Part shown: piece after piece, positions 28,419 through 39,171 of the stretch | How positions within the stretch are numbered: position 1 is the first letter of the stretch | Layout of the letters: each line of letters starts with the position of its first letter | Assembly: GCA_030538425.1 (NCBI GenBank) | Contig: JAUNTZ010000001.1 | Location: forward strand, 55,454 to 119,453 | Reading direction: 5' to 3' | Source: Paracoccus sp. (in: a-proteobacteria) | Lineage (GTDB): Bacteria > Pseudomonadota > Alphaproteobacteria > Rhodobacterales > Rhodobacteraceae | DNA length: 64,000 nt | The notes under the pieces: model-generated | What the model was told of the DNA's origin: nothing | The model's database searches: none | Seen by the model: only the letters and a program-made list of their open reading frames with translations | Program-made: the position numbers and the translations under genes

Positions 28419-29639
28419 GTGTTGATAGTGTCAGACGGTGATGACAAACCCAAGAGCATCGACATTTCGCAACTCGTAAACTCTGGCAACAATGATCAGT
28501 CTGAGGCTTTGGTCAGCATCGCTGGCAGGGCAGCAGAACTGTCAGTGTGCGGGCGCGCCCTGCAAGAAGCTTCGAGGGGCATCGGTGCAGGCGCGCTTGC
28601 AGAAGCGGCGCGTTCCGCAACCATGATGAAGGATCAGCTAGACGCTTTAACAGGAGTGGGCGCTTTCACTGAACGGATGAAAGCCGAACAGGAGGCAATG
28701 CGGGCCTTGCCGGATATGTCCGCTTTTTCGGGCATGTCTGCGCTCGCAGACCAATTCAAAATCGAGCAGGCGCGAAGCCTTGCTCTGGCGGGCTTGAGCG
28801 AAGGCTTTATGCACGCGATCACTGAGCCCGCCATTGGTGCGGCGTCCAAACTTTTTCAGGACATGCGCGAACAGTCCAGCTTGATCAATCAGCATATCGG
28901 CATATTCGAGGATATGCGGCGGGCGCTGGAGGTTTCCAGTCTTTTCAATCTCACTAAGGCCATGGATATCCCCCGCTTTGGCTCTGGGCTTGAGGAACTT
29001 GGCATCGGCCGTATCGGGGCCGCGATTGAGGCGGCAGACGCGGCGCATATGTTGGGGCTCACCTCAACCTTTCATGACGACTTCAGGTTGGCAACGGCGG
29101 CGCTTGCGGATCGAGCGTCTGCCTTCAATCAGCTGCGAGACGTCAGCTCTATTGCGGCGCCAAACGTTGATCTTGCGATGGGCCTGGGAACACTGCTCGC
29201 CCGTGGCCTTGCGGCACAGGAGGCACTGCTTGAAGAGCACAAGGCCTCGGCAGCTGACGCGAAAGCAAAAGCGACCTTTAAGCGCAGGATCGACACGATT
29301 GGGGTCATTATCGGCATCCTGGACTTCTTCCTGCTTATCGCATTTCAGCTTGAAGCACGCCTTTCAGATCCCGATGCTGCTATTCGGGCAAACACGGAAG
29401 CCGTGGTTGAAATGCGCAAATCGTTTGATGCGAGGGCGGCGCCGCTGGAAGCTCAGCAGAGTGAAACGAAATACCAGGATGCAGCAGACGCTGAGATTGT
29501 GAGCATTCTGCGCGAGATCGCCAAGACGCTTTCTGATCAGCCCGAAGCGGAGCCCGACGCGGAACTACAGGCAGCTGACACGCCCTCACCCAAGCGCCAC
29601 AGGGTGCGTGATCCAGTTAAGCCGCATCCTGTCCGATAA
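28419..29639 (+). CDS. Hypothetical helical protein with one predicted transmembrane segment
   Basis: 406-aa ORF; hydrophobic IGVIIGILDFFLLIAF followed by a coiled-coil-like tail; start uncertain. Confidence 0.7.
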   Translation: MLIVSDGDDKPKSIDISQLVNSGNNDQSEALVSIAGRAAELSVCGRALQEASRGIGAGALAEAARSATMMKDQLDALTGVGAFTERMKAEQEAMRALPDMSAFSGMSALADQFKIEQARSLALAGLSEGFMHAITEPAIGAASKLFQDMREQSSLINQHIGIFEDMRRALEVSSLFNLTKAMDIPRFGSGLEELGIGRIGAAIEAADAAHMLGLTSTFHDDFRLATAALADRASAFNQLRDVSSIAAPNVDLAMGLGTLLARGLAAQEALLEEHKASAADAKAKATFKRRIDTIGVIIGILDFFLLIAFQLEARLSDPDAAIRANTEAVVEMRKSFDARAAPLEAQQSETKYQDAADAEIVSILREIAKTLSDQPEAEPDAELQAADTPSPKRHRVRDPVKPHPVR

Positions 29640-30040
29640 TTGCTCTTGCCCGTCTTGACTTCGGGTTCTTCTTTGGGTGCAGGCCACCTAAATTTCTGAA
29701 ATCCCAATTCGTCATATGCCGCCGACTCGGTTGACGCCCACGGTAGAACGTATGAAAACTGGCTGATTCAATTGTTATCCGTCAGGGTGCCATTTCCGCC
29801 CGACGATACAAAGCTTTGCGTGGGGCCGAACCGGATCTTTGTTAAGTTGGTTGCGCGTGCCGTGGCGACGGGGCGCCGGGTCGTCCCAGACGCGCGCGCA
29901 CCCGCCACATCCGATCGAAAGCCCGCTTGGGCGGCATATCACTCAGCAAAGCCCCTGCAGCGACGGACATGCTACAGGGCTTTGCAGAGCATCCCGCTGC
30001 CGACTTGCAAGTGACGAAGGCACCGGGCGCGATGCTTATT

Positions 30041-30463
30041 CTAGCGGTTGGCGAACCAGCCATCGATACCGGCCTGGGCCACGTCCTGATCCTGTGCGGG
30101 AGTGCCAGAGGACACGCCGATGCCGCCGACCACATGGCCGTCAACGATGACCGGCAGACCGCCGCCGACGACCATCAGCCGCCCCCCAATGGCCGAGGCA
30201 ATGCCGTAGGCCGGGGCGCCCGGCTGGCTTGATGCGCCATATTCATGGGTGGCCTTTTTCGCCGCCGAGGCGGTGAAGGACTTGTCGATGGCGATGGTCG
30301 TCGAGGTGACTTTGCCGCCATCCATCCGCTCAAACGCGATGAGCTGGCCGGATTCGTCCGTAATCGCAATGCACATCGGCACGCCGATCTCCTCGGCTCG
30401 CTTGCGCGCGGCAGCGATCAGGATGCGGGCATCCGCGATATCCAGTCTATTGAAGGTCTGCAT
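30041..30463 (-). CDS. glcG: GlcG/HbpS family heme-binding protein
   Basis: IAITDESG..AFERMDG, IAIDKSFT, GGLPV..GGIGVSSG. Confidence 0.9.
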   Translation of the reverse strand: MQTFNRLDIADARILIAAARKRAEEIGVPMCIAITDESGQLIAFERMDGGKVTSTTIAIDKSFTASAAKKATHEYGASSQPGAPAYGIASAIGGRLMVVGGGLPVIVDGHVVGGIGVSSGTPAQDQDVAQAGIDGWFANR

Positions 30464-30475
30464 GAATGTCTCCGT

Positions 30476-32620
30476 TCAAGCGTTGTCGCGTGCCTTCGCC
30501 TCGCGGCGGCGGCGGTGAAGGACGGGCTCGGTGTAGCCAGACGGCTGCGTCGCGCCCTCAAGGATCAACTCGCGCGCCGCCGCGAAGGCTATGCCGTCGA
30601 AGGCGGGCGCCATCGGGCGATAGGCGGGATCGTCCGCGTTCTGCGCGTCCACGGCCACGGCCATGCGGCGCAGGGAGTCCTCGATCTGTTCGGCGGAAAT
30701 CACGCCATGCATCAGCCAGTTGGCCAGAAACTGTGCCGAGATGCGCAGCGTCGCGCGGTCTTCCATCAGGGCCACATCGTCGATATCGGGCACTTTGGAG
30801 CAGCCCACACCCTGATCCACCCAGCGGACGACATAGCCGAGGATCGATTGGCAGTTCATGTCGATCTCGCGCGCGATCTGCGCCTCAGACAGGTTGCGGC
30901 CACCCAGCATCGGCGGCGTCAGCAGCGCATCAAGCCTGTCTGCCGCCTGCGCCGACATCTCCTTCTGCTTCGCCGCCACATCGACCTCGTGGTAATGCGT
31001 CGCATGCAGCGTGGCGGCGGTGGGCGAGGGCACCCAGGCCGTGTTCGCGCCGGCGTTGGGATGGCCGATTTTGGTCGCCAGCATTTCGGCCATGGCGTCG
31101 GGCTTGGCCCACATGCCCTTGCCGATCTGCCCATGCCCGCGCATCCCCGTCGCAAGGCCGGCATCGACATTGCCTGCCTCATAAGCGGCAAGCCAGACGG
31201 CATCCTTCATCTCGCCCTTCGGCACCACGGGGCCACCCTGCATCGAGGTATGTATCTCATCGCCGGTGCGGTCGAGGAAGCCCGTATTGATGAAGACGAG
31301 GCGGTTTTTCACCGCGCGGATAGATTCGCGCAGATTTGCCGAGGTCCGGCGCTCTTCGTCCATCACACCCAGTTTGACCGTGTTGTCGGGCAGGCCAAGG
31401 ATCTTTTCGACCCGACCATAAAGCGTGTCGGCAAAGGCCACTTCCTCAGGCCCGTGCATTTTCGGCTTCACGATATAGACCGATCCGGTCCGAGAGTTCC
31501 TGTCACCGCCGGTCTTGTTCAGGTCATGCATGGCGGCGGTCACGGTGATCAGCGCGTCCAGCATCCCCTCTGGCGTCTCTCCGCCATCAAGAAGCACGGC
31601 ATCCGTGGTCATCAGATGGCCGACATTCCTGACCAGCAGCACTGCGCGCCCCGGCAGCGTCAATGTGCCGCCATCCGGCGTGGTGAAACTCCGGTCAGGG
31701 TTCAGCCGACGCGTGAGGGTCTTGCCGTTTTTCTCAAAGCTCTCGGTCAGGTCGCCCTTCATCAGGCCCAGCCAGTTGGCATAGACCAGTGCCTTGTCTT
31801 CGGCATCCACCGCTGCGACAGAATCCTCACAGTCCTGAATGGCGGTCAGCGCGCTTTCCAGCACAACGTCGCGCAGCCCGGACTTGCTGGAAGCCCCGAT
31901 GGGATGGTCCCGGTCGATCACCAGTTCGATATGCAGGCCATGGTGGCGCAGCAGCCATGAGCCATCGGTCTGGCCGACGAACTGCGCCGGATCGGCCAGC
32001 GGCACGGTCTTGCCATTGATATCCGCGACCAGTGCCGCAGCCTCGCGCCGATAGGCGGTGACCTCTGCATGGCTGGCGCCGGCCAGCGGAACCGCATTGT
32101 CAAGGAAGGCGGCAGCCCAGGCCATGACCTTCGCGCCGCGTGCCGCATCATAGCCTTTCCCTTCGGGCGTGCCGGGAATGGCATCGGTGCCGTAAAGCGC
32201 GTCATAGAGCGAACCCCAACGCGCATTCGCGGCATTCAGCGCAAAGCGTGCATTCATCACCGGAACGACAAGCTGCGGGCCCGCGACGCGGGCAATCTCT
32301 TCATCGACGTTCGACACGTCGATGCTGAACGCCTCGCCCTGCGGCACGAGATAGCCGATCTCGGTCAGGAAATCGCGATAGGCGGCGGCGTCGAAATCGC
32401 GGCCCCGGTTTTGCCGCATCCAGTCGTCGATCTGCGCCTGCATCTGGTCGCGGACGGCAAGCAGGCGGCGGTTTTCGGGCGCAAGATCCGCCAGAAGCGC
32501 GGCATAGCCTGTCCAGAACGCATCCGGATTCACCGGCAGGCCCGGCAGGATCTGCTCTTCCACCAGCTCGGCAATCGGTTGGGCCACCTGCAAGTCGCCG
32601 CGCGTCACATAGGTCGTCAT
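30476..32620 (-). CDS. glcB: Malate synthase G
   Basis: [58 protein letters not shown]. Confidence 0.97.
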   Translation of the reverse strand: MTTYVTRGDLQVAQPIAELVEEQILPGLPVNPDAFWTGYAALLADLAPENRRLLAVRDQMQAQIDDWMRQNRGRDFDAAAYRDFLTEIGYLVPQGEAFSIDVSNVDEEIARVAGPQLVVPVMNARFALNAANARWGSLYDALYGTDAIPGTPEGKGYDAARGAKVMAWAAAFLDNAVPLAGASHAEVTAYRREAAALVADINGKTVPLADPAQFVGQTDGSWLLRHHGLHIELVIDRDHPIGASSKSGLRDVVLESALTAIQDCEDSVAAVDAEDKALVYANWLGLMKGDLTESFEKNGKTLTRRLNPDRSFTTPDGGTLTLPGRAVLLVRNVGHLMTTDAVLLDGGETPEGMLDALITVTAAMHDLNKTGGDRNSRTGSVYIVKPKMHGPEEVAFADTLYGRVEKILGLPDNTVKLGVMDEERRTSANLRESIRAVKNRLVFINTGFLDRTGDEIHTSMQGGPVVPKGEMKDAVWLAAYEAGNVDAGLATGMRGHGQIGKGMWAKPDAMAEMLATKIGHPNAGANTAWVPSPTAATLHATHYHEVDVAAKQKEMSAQAADRLDALLTPPMLGGRNLSEAQIAREIDMNCQSILGYVVRWVDQGVGCSKVPDIDDVALMEDRATLRISAQFLANWLMHGVISAEQIEDSLRRMAVAVDAQNADDPAYRPMAPAFDGIAFAAARELILEGATQPSGYTEPVLHRRRREAKARDNA

Positions 32621-33939
32621 AGAGTTGTTTCCTTCTTTTCGGGCGGAAAGCTGTTGCCTAAAGCCTTTGGGACAGGCCCGCCGGTGGCCCAGTCCAGCAG
32701 TTCTGCGGTGTGAACGACGGGCAGGCCGCTGCCCGAACCGATCTGCATCATGCAGCCGATATTTCCTGCGCTGATCACCTGAGGCTTCAGCACTTCGAGG
32801 CTTGCCACCTTACGCGCCTTCAGCTCAGCTGAAATCTCGGGCTGCATCAGATTGTAGGTGCCGGCGGACCCGCAGCAGATGTGGCTGTCCTTTGGCTCCA
32901 TCACCACAAAGCCCGCCGCTTGCAGCAGATCCTTGGGGGCAGATCTGATCTGCTGGCCGTGCTGAAGTGAGCAGGCCGCATGATAGGCAACGCGCAATGG
33001 TCGGGCGCGCACAGGCCCCGACAGGCCAAGATCGGCCATGAACTCTGAGATATCCTGCGCCAGTTCAGCCACCACCCTGGCCTCCTGCGCCAGCGCATGG
33101 TTGCGGAACATATGTCCGTAATCCTTGACGGTGGTGCCGCAGCCAGAGGTGTTGATGATGACGGCATCCAGCCCTTCGCCCGATACCTCCAGCATAAGCG
33201 CGGTGATATTGGCCGCAGCCATCGCGTGGCCACTGTCCGTCTGGCCCATATGGTGGGTCAGCGCGCCGCAACAGCCGACGCCCTTCGGAATGACCACCTC
33301 ACATCCATGCCGCCGCAGAAGCCGGATCGTTGCTTCGTTGATGTCGGTGTTCAGGACGCGCTGTGCGCATCCGACCAGCAGGGCCACCCGTTTGCGCCGT
33401 GCCCCTTCTGCCTTGAAGACCTGAGGCTTATCATCAGGGCTTTGCGGCGGAATCCGGGCCGGAGCCAGATCCAGCATGGCCCGCAGCCGGATGTCCGGGA
33501 TGGCGCGGCGAAAGGGTCGCGCCAGCTTTGCGCCGATCAGCGCCATGCGGAAACGGCCCGGATAGGGCAGTATTTTTGCGAGCGTCCAGCGAAGCGCCCG
33601 GTCGTGCCAGGGACGGCGGTAATTCCGTTCGATATAGGCGCGCGCCGTGTCGATCAGATGCATGTAATGCACGCCAGAGGGACAGGTCGTCATGCAGGAA
33701 AGACAGGACAGGCAGCGATCAATATGCCTGACCGTCTTTTCATCGGGGGTCTTGCTGTTTTCCAGCATGTCCTTGATCAGGTAGATACGCCCGCGTGGAC
33801 TGTCCAGCTCATCGCCAAGGATCTTGTAGGTCGGACAGGTTGCCGTGCAAAATCCGCAATGCACGCAAGAGCGCAGGATCTCATTTGCCCGGGCGGTATC
33901 AGGATCGGCCAGCTGGGCCTCAGTGAAATATGTCTGCAT
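32617..33939 (-). CDS. glcF: Glycolate oxidase iron-sulfur subunit
   Basis: [33 protein letters not shown]. Confidence 0.96.
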   Translation of the reverse strand: MQTYFTEAQLADPDTARANEILRSCVHCGFCTATCPTYKILGDELDSPRGRIYLIKDMLENSKTPDEKTVRHIDRCLSCLSCMTTCPSGVHYMHLIDTARAYIERNYRRPWHDRALRWTLAKILPYPGRFRMALIGAKLARPFRRAIPDIRLRAMLDLAPARIPPQSPDDKPQVFKAEGARRKRVALLVGCAQRVLNTDINEATIRLLRRHGCEVVIPKGVGCCGALTHHMGQTDSGHAMAAANITALMLEVSGEGLDAVIINTSGCGTTVKDYGHMFRNHALAQEARVVAELAQDISEFMADLGLSGPVRARPLRVAYHAACSLQHGQQIRSAPKDLLQAAGFVVMEPKDSHICCGSAGTYNLMQPEISAELKARKVASLEVLKPQVISAGNIGCMMQIGSGSGLPVVHTAELLDWATGGPVPKALGNSFPPEKKETTL

Positions 33940-33940
33940 A

Positions 33941-35077
33941 TCAGGCGTCCATCAAGCCGGTGTTGAATATGCCGGCGGGATCGAAGGTCTGGCGTATCCG
34001 AACTGACAGCTCACGCACCGCGCCCGATTGCGGCGGGAAGGCCGGACCGGGCAGGCCGCTGCGACGGATCAGCGTCGCATGGCCGGGGGCCGCCGCGCGC
34101 CGCACCTCGTCGGCCGCGGCGGGGCCCGAATACCAGACCAGACCGCCGCCCCAATCGAGCGTCGCCGATCCGCCGCGACGGGTCAGCTCTTGCAGCACAA
34201 GCGGACCATCTGACGGCTTTACAAGGATTTTCCAGACAGGCTGGCCGGTTCCCGCATGGCTTTCCACATCGCGGATCGACCGCCAGAGCGCGCGGCTGGC
34301 CTCATCTTCGAGCAGCTCGATGTCAAAGGACGTAAACAGCGCCAGCAGCCGATCACGGCGATAGCGCATCTGCGGCTCCAGCCCCTCGATGCGAAGAAAG
34401 GCCGTTTCCTCTTGCCATGCGGCCCCGGAAACCTCGAACGGTGTGGACAGGGCTTTGGCAAAGATCGCGACCGCCTGTTCTGCGGTGACGTTTCTGACCG
34501 CCAATGTCCCCTGTGCTGGCAGCAAGGGCAGGGTTTTTATCGCGATTTCCGTCACAATGCCCAGCGTTCCGTAACCGCCGCAATGCAGCTTGCACAGATC
34601 CAGACCCGTCACGTTCTTCATCACCCGGCCCCCGGTCTTGATCAGACGCCCTTGCCCGTCGACAAAGCGCAGCCCCAGCACATGGTCGCGGCAGGCGCCG
34701 GCCTGAAGCCTTCGCGGACCAGACGCATTGGTCGCGATGACACCGCCCAGCGTCGGCGTGCCGCCTTGCCCCAAAAGGCAGCGCATGTCGGGCGGCTCGA
34801 AGGCCAGCGACTGGCCCTCGGCAGCCAGCATGCTTTCGATATCTGCCAATGGGGTGCCCGCGCGGGCAATCAGCGTCATTTCGCCCGGTTCATAGGACAC
34901 CACACCGCTTAGCGCATTGGTGGACAGGCTCTGATGCGGAAGATGACCGGCCTCGATGCGGGTTCCCCCAGCTGTGACTTTCACCGGCAGGCCGCGACCA
35001 AGCCGCTCGCGGATCACCTCTGTCACCTCTTCTTCCGATGCCGGGGCAAGGTGGGCGAGTGTCTCGGGCTGCATCAT
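33941..35077 (-). CDS. glcE: Glycolate oxidase FAD-binding subunit
   Basis: SGPRR..GACRD, GGRVMKNVTGLDL, FDPAGIFN. Confidence 0.94.
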   Translation of the reverse strand: MMQPETLAHLAPASEEEVTEVIRERLGRGLPVKVTAGGTRIEAGHLPHQSLSTNALSGVVSYEPGEMTLIARAGTPLADIESMLAAEGQSLAFEPPDMRCLLGQGGTPTLGGVIATNASGPRRLQAGACRDHVLGLRFVDGQGRLIKTGGRVMKNVTGLDLCKLHCGGYGTLGIVTEIAIKTLPLLPAQGTLAVRNVTAEQAVAIFAKALSTPFEVSGAAWQEETAFLRIEGLEPQMRYRRDRLLALFTSFDIELLEDEASRALWRSIRDVESHAGTGQPVWKILVKPSDGPLVLQELTRRGGSATLDWGGGLVWYSGPAAADEVRRAAAPGHATLIRRSGLPGPAFPPQSGAVRELSVRIRQTFDPAGIFNTGLMDA

Positions 35078-36525
35078 CCGCGCGCCCTCTCGCGAAAGGG
35101 CTGACTGGCAGAAAGCGGGAAAACCTTGGCAGAATTCAGCAGCCAGCCGGGATCGAATACGCTTTTGACCTCCATCTGGATCGCCAGATCCGCCTCATTA
35201 TACTGTTCGCCCATCAGGTCGCGCTTTTCGATCCCCACGCCATGCTCGCCCGTCAGGCAGCCCCCCACGCTGACGCAAAGGCGCAGGATGTCGGCGCCGA
35301 ACGCCTCGGCCCGCTCCAGATCGCCGGGCTTGTTGGCGTTGAAAATGATGAGAGGGTGCATATTCCCGTCGCCCGCATGAAAGACATTCGCAACCTCCAA
35401 CCCGTGGACCCGCGACAACTCGCCGATCCTTTTCAGCGTATAGGGGAGTTTGGAGACCGGAACCGTCCCGTCCAGACAGATGTAATCGCCCAAGCGCCCC
35501 ATCGCGCCAAAGGCGGATTTCCGGCCTTTCCAGATCGCAAGGGATTCCTGCGCGCTGCGGCTCTGGCGGAACTCGACCGGGTTCAGCGCATCGGCAATGG
35601 CGCGGATCTGTGCAATCTGAAAGTCGATCTCGTCCTCCGAGCCCTCGACCTCGACGATCAAGACCGCAGCACAGTCAGGATAGCCCGGATCCGAGAAAGC
35701 GGCCACGGCCCTCAGGCAGACATCGTCCATATATTCGATCGCGACCGGCAGCACGCCGGACCGAATGATGCGGGCCACGCATTCCCCCGCCACCTCGGCG
35801 CTGTCGAAACCGATCAGAACCGGCCGGGCCCCCTCCGGACGCGGCAGGATACGCAGGACCGCTTCGGTGACGATACCAAGTTGCCCCTCGGATCCACAAA
35901 GAACGCCCAGCAGGTCCAGCCCGTCCGCGCCCAGCTCTGGCCCGCCAAGCGTGATCACCTCGCCTGTTGCCAGCACAACCGTCACGCCAAGCAGGTTGTT
36001 GGTTGTCACGCCGTATTTCAGGCAATGCGCGCCCCCAGAGTTCATCGCAATGTTGCCCGCAATGGTGCAGGCCAGCTGCGACGAAGGGTCGGGGGCGTAA
36101 AAGAAACCCAGCGGCTCGACCTCGGCACTGACCGACAGATTGGTTACGCCGGTTTCAACCCGGATAAAGCGGTTCGCTGTGTCGATTTCCAGCACATTGT
36201 TAAGGCGCATCGTCCCGATAACGACACAATCGGCGGTGGGCAAAGCGCCACCCGCAAGCGAGGTGCCGGCGCCGCGCGGGACAACCGGGACCGCCAAGCG
36301 ATGACACACACGCATGGCCGCCGCAACCTCCGCGGTCGAGCGCGGCAGCACCACGGCGAGCGGCGGGCAGCGATAGGCGGTCAGCGCATCACATTCGTAG
36401 GCTCGCGTTTCCGCCGGGTCGGAGATGACGGCGTCTTCGGGCAATTCCCGGCGTAGAGCGGCCAGCACTTCGTCCGCCCGCGATATCACCCCTGCGTCCG
36501 GGGCCGGCATTTGAATTGTCGACAC
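35074..36525 (-). CDS. glcD: Glycolate oxidase subunit
   Basis: VPRGAGTSLAGG, PDPSSQ, HCLKYGVT, FHAGDGNMHP, GEHGVG. Confidence 0.95.
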   Translation of the reverse strand: MSTIQMPAPDAGVISRADEVLAALRRELPEDAVISDPAETRAYECDALTAYRCPPLAVVLPRSTAEVAAAMRVCHRLAVPVVPRGAGTSLAGGALPTADCVVIGTMRLNNVLEIDTANRFIRVETGVTNLSVSAEVEPLGFFYAPDPSSQLACTIAGNIAMNSGGAHCLKYGVTTNNLLGVTVVLATGEVITLGGPELGADGLDLLGVLCGSEGQLGIVTEAVLRILPRPEGARPVLIGFDSAEVAGECVARIIRSGVLPVAIEYMDDVCLRAVAAFSDPGYPDCAAVLIVEVEGSEDEIDFQIAQIRAIADALNPVEFRQSRSAQESLAIWKGRKSAFGAMGRLGDYICLDGTVPVSKLPYTLKRIGELSRVHGLEVANVFHAGDGNMHPLIIFNANKPGDLERAEAFGADILRLCVSVGGCLTGEHGVGIEKRDLMGEQYNEADLAIQMEVKSVFDPGWLLNSAKVFPLSASQPFRERARG

Positions 36526-36590
36526 AGCATCCTCCCCTCACCAGCCCGGCCCAGAGGCCGGGAACATGGCTTACCTCGACCCGTTCGGTA

Positions 36591-36616
36591 AACTGGTTTT
36601 ACCAATTTGGTCAACC
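36591..36616. promoter_or_regulatory. FadR/GntR-type operator between glcD and glcC
   Basis: AACTGGTTTTACCAATT palindrome followed by a second TGGTCAACC half-site. Confidence 0.7.
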
Positions 36617-36681
36617 CCTATACTTTTCCGCCAAGCTGGGAGAATGTCAGGAAAAGCGACGCTTTCAGGAAAGAACGGACC

Positions 36682-37455
36682 ATGACAGATGCACCTGCGC
36701 GGAGCGAACGAGCGTCCGAGGCCATAGCGCGGCATATCGAAAGCCTGATTCTGGAAGGGTCCCTGCGCCCCGGAGACAGCCTGCTGTCTGAACGGGAGAT
36801 GGCCGAAAAACTCGGCGTGTCCCGCCCCACGATCCGCGATGGCCTCAAGCTGTTGGAGCGGCGCGGCTTGCTGCGCTCTGAACATGGGCGCGGAACCTGG
36901 GTGGCGGAGCTGGGCCATGCGAGCATCGCGGATCCTCTACTTGCGCTGCTGGCCCGAAATGCCGAGGTGGCAGATGACTATCTCGAATTTCGGGATTTCG
37001 TCGAGAGCTCAGCCGCAGCCGTGGCAGCCGTCCGGGCAACCGAGCTCGATTTGGAACGGCTTCAGGAATGCCTCAACCGGATCGATGCGGCGCATGAGAA
37101 ATGCGACCCGGAAGAAGAAGCACAGGCCGACGCCGCCCTTCATCTTGCCATATATGAGGCCAGCCATAATCTTGTTCTCCTTCAGATCATGCGCGCCTTG
37201 TCCGGAAATTTGCAATCAAACGTGGTTCAAAACCGGATGTTTGCGACCTCTGCCATTCGTGAAACCCTGCGCGCGCAGCACCATTCCATCGCGAATGCAA
37301 TCATCGCGCGCGATGGGGATAAGGCCCGCAATGCAGCACATGACCATCTGACATATATAAAGAACGTCGCGCGGAAACTGGCACGGGATGAAGAGAAACT
37401 CAATCTTTCCGCCCGCCGTATTACGGGAAGCGGTTTGAGGCAAAAGTCACCGTGA
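36682..37455 (+). CDS. glcC: GntR/FadR family regulator (GlcC-like)
   Basis: SEREMAEKLGVSRPTIRDGL wHTH plus FCD domain; divergent from glcD. Confidence 0.85.
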   Translation: MTDAPARSERASEAIARHIESLILEGSLRPGDSLLSEREMAEKLGVSRPTIRDGLKLLERRGLLRSEHGRGTWVAELGHASIADPLLALLARNAEVADDYLEFRDFVESSAAAVAAVRATELDLERLQECLNRIDAAHEKCDPEEEAQADAALHLAIYEASHNLVLLQIMRALSGNLQSNVVQNRMFATSAIRETLRAQHHSIANAIIARDGDKARNAAHDHLTYIKNVARKLARDEEKLNLSARRITGSGLRQKSP

Positions 37456-38009
37456 GTGGTTAGGGTGTTTGAGTGCTTTCTAGTGTCTCGGTCGAGACGC
37501 CGGAATTTCACTCGGGAATTTGTCGCTTTCCGAAGCTTGGAAGCGAAGCACAACAATATCCAGCAGCTGATGACAAAAAGCGCATGGCAGCGACGTAAGG
37601 TGCCAAAAACCGATCAATCAGCCAGTCCGTCAGAATCCAGCCTCCGAGAACACTAGAGCGGATTACCGAAGCTGTCGTAGTGGGCCAGATCTACGAAACA
37701 CCGCAATCTCGCAACAAAGGTATCATGTGGATGACAGGTGCGGATACGCTAACGGCAACCGAGGCGAATAAAATGTTGCCGAGCCCCAAAAAAGAACATT
37801 CATGTGCCGAAGAATTCAGGTCTTTTCCCGACATTAGCGCTCTGCGTCACCATCTGTTCTGCTGGTTGTTTCTTCAGGCTAAACAAAAAAACCATGGAGT
37901 CAGATCCGGCAGGGAATAAACTAGGTGGCCAGTGCGCAAACTATAAATATTGTGCAGGCCGGTCATGCGCTAATAATCAAAATGGACCAATGAGGTTGGG
38001 CTGATCATC

Positions 38010-38252
38010 CGCTGCATTGCGAGAACTCGGCGCGATCCGAAAGAACCAGACTGGGCATCGCCTCAATAATCAGGCCAAGAATTAACGCCTATGATCCCGA
38101 AGGCTGGCAATGCTGCGCTTGCGAGGTCTGCTGAAATTCGTCTCCGTCCACGCGTAGATCTGTAACCATTTTAACGAGGGTCGATCTCTTTCTCAATGCC
38201 AAAATTTTAAAGAGAAGCCTCACCGTCGCTCTTGCCGATTGGCGTGAACTCC
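38010..38252 (+). pseudogene. IS6 family transposase C-terminal relic
   Basis: Reads RELG...HRLNNQAKN...AMLR..LLKFVSVHA*ICNHFNEGRSL...ALADWREL, matching IS6 transposase ends. Confidence 0.7.
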
Positions 38253-38858
38253 GCCGGCTTCCATGGTCATCAGAACCCCGCCCGCATGATCCCAAGATTT
38301 TGACGTGGCGGACAGCAGGAAATCGCCGCTCCCTTGCATCAAGAGGCGATATTCGTGACACGAACAGCGGATCGAGCCGGTATGACCGAAGGCGGTTTGC
38401 GCCGCTATCACCGCCGGGCTTTGATCGGCGGCGAAGTATCAGAGCGGGATCAGGCCGAACAGCTCAGACAGCGGGCGCGGCGAGCTTTGGCGTGGCGTCA
38501 GTCGTTGCCTTCCGCCCCGCGCGCTTCGGTCCAGCCATGCGACGCCGCCCAAAGTGGTCTCGACCCCGTCGTCGTTCAGCGGTTCGTAGTGGATGCCGAA
38601 CACGGTCTGGCCGCCCCGCATCACCGGCAGGATCACGCCAAAGGTGGAGAGGCCATGCGCGAAACTCCACGTCCCGTCCACCGGGTCGATGATGACCGCC
38701 GTGCCTGCATCCATCAGCCGCGCGGGCAGGGTGAGGTCGGCAGCGGTGGCCTCTTCACCGATCTGCGTCAGCTCATCGCGGCTGGCATCGGGGGCCACGT
38801 CAGCGGGCCATTGATCGCGTGACAGCGGATTGCCCAACACGCCCTGAAACAGCGTCAT
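38220..38858 (-). pseudogene. Inositol monophosphatase family relic
   Basis: IGEE...IIDPVDGTWSFAHG and, in another frame, SWDHAGGVLMTMEAGG; both ends truncated. Confidence 0.8.
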
Positions 38859-39092
38859 ATGAAAGCTGTCGGGCGGCAGGAAGGTGAAACGCCTCGCATC
38901 CGGACCGGCCTAGAGCGCGTTTTCATCTGGGTCAGCAAACTTGCCGTCAACGAAAAACCTCTCATGATGCTCGGGACTATCGCCGATGCAACCTGCAATG
39001 CGCCGACCCTTTTTCAAGGTGCCGACAAGGGCGTTTGTTAAAGCCGCGGCATCAGGCTGGCGTGACAGTCCGTCGATCAACCACGCACCCGC

Positions 39093-39121
39093 CTGTCACC
39101 CAACCTTTACGCCCCTGTCAC
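39093..39121 (+). promoter_or_regulatory. Pho box
   Basis: CTGTCAC (39093), CCTTTAC (39104), CTGTCAC (39115) at 11-bp period. Confidence 0.65.
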
Positions 39122-39171
39122 ATAACAGACATGCGGCCTCATTAAGGACAGCCGCAAGCGAAGGGAAAACT

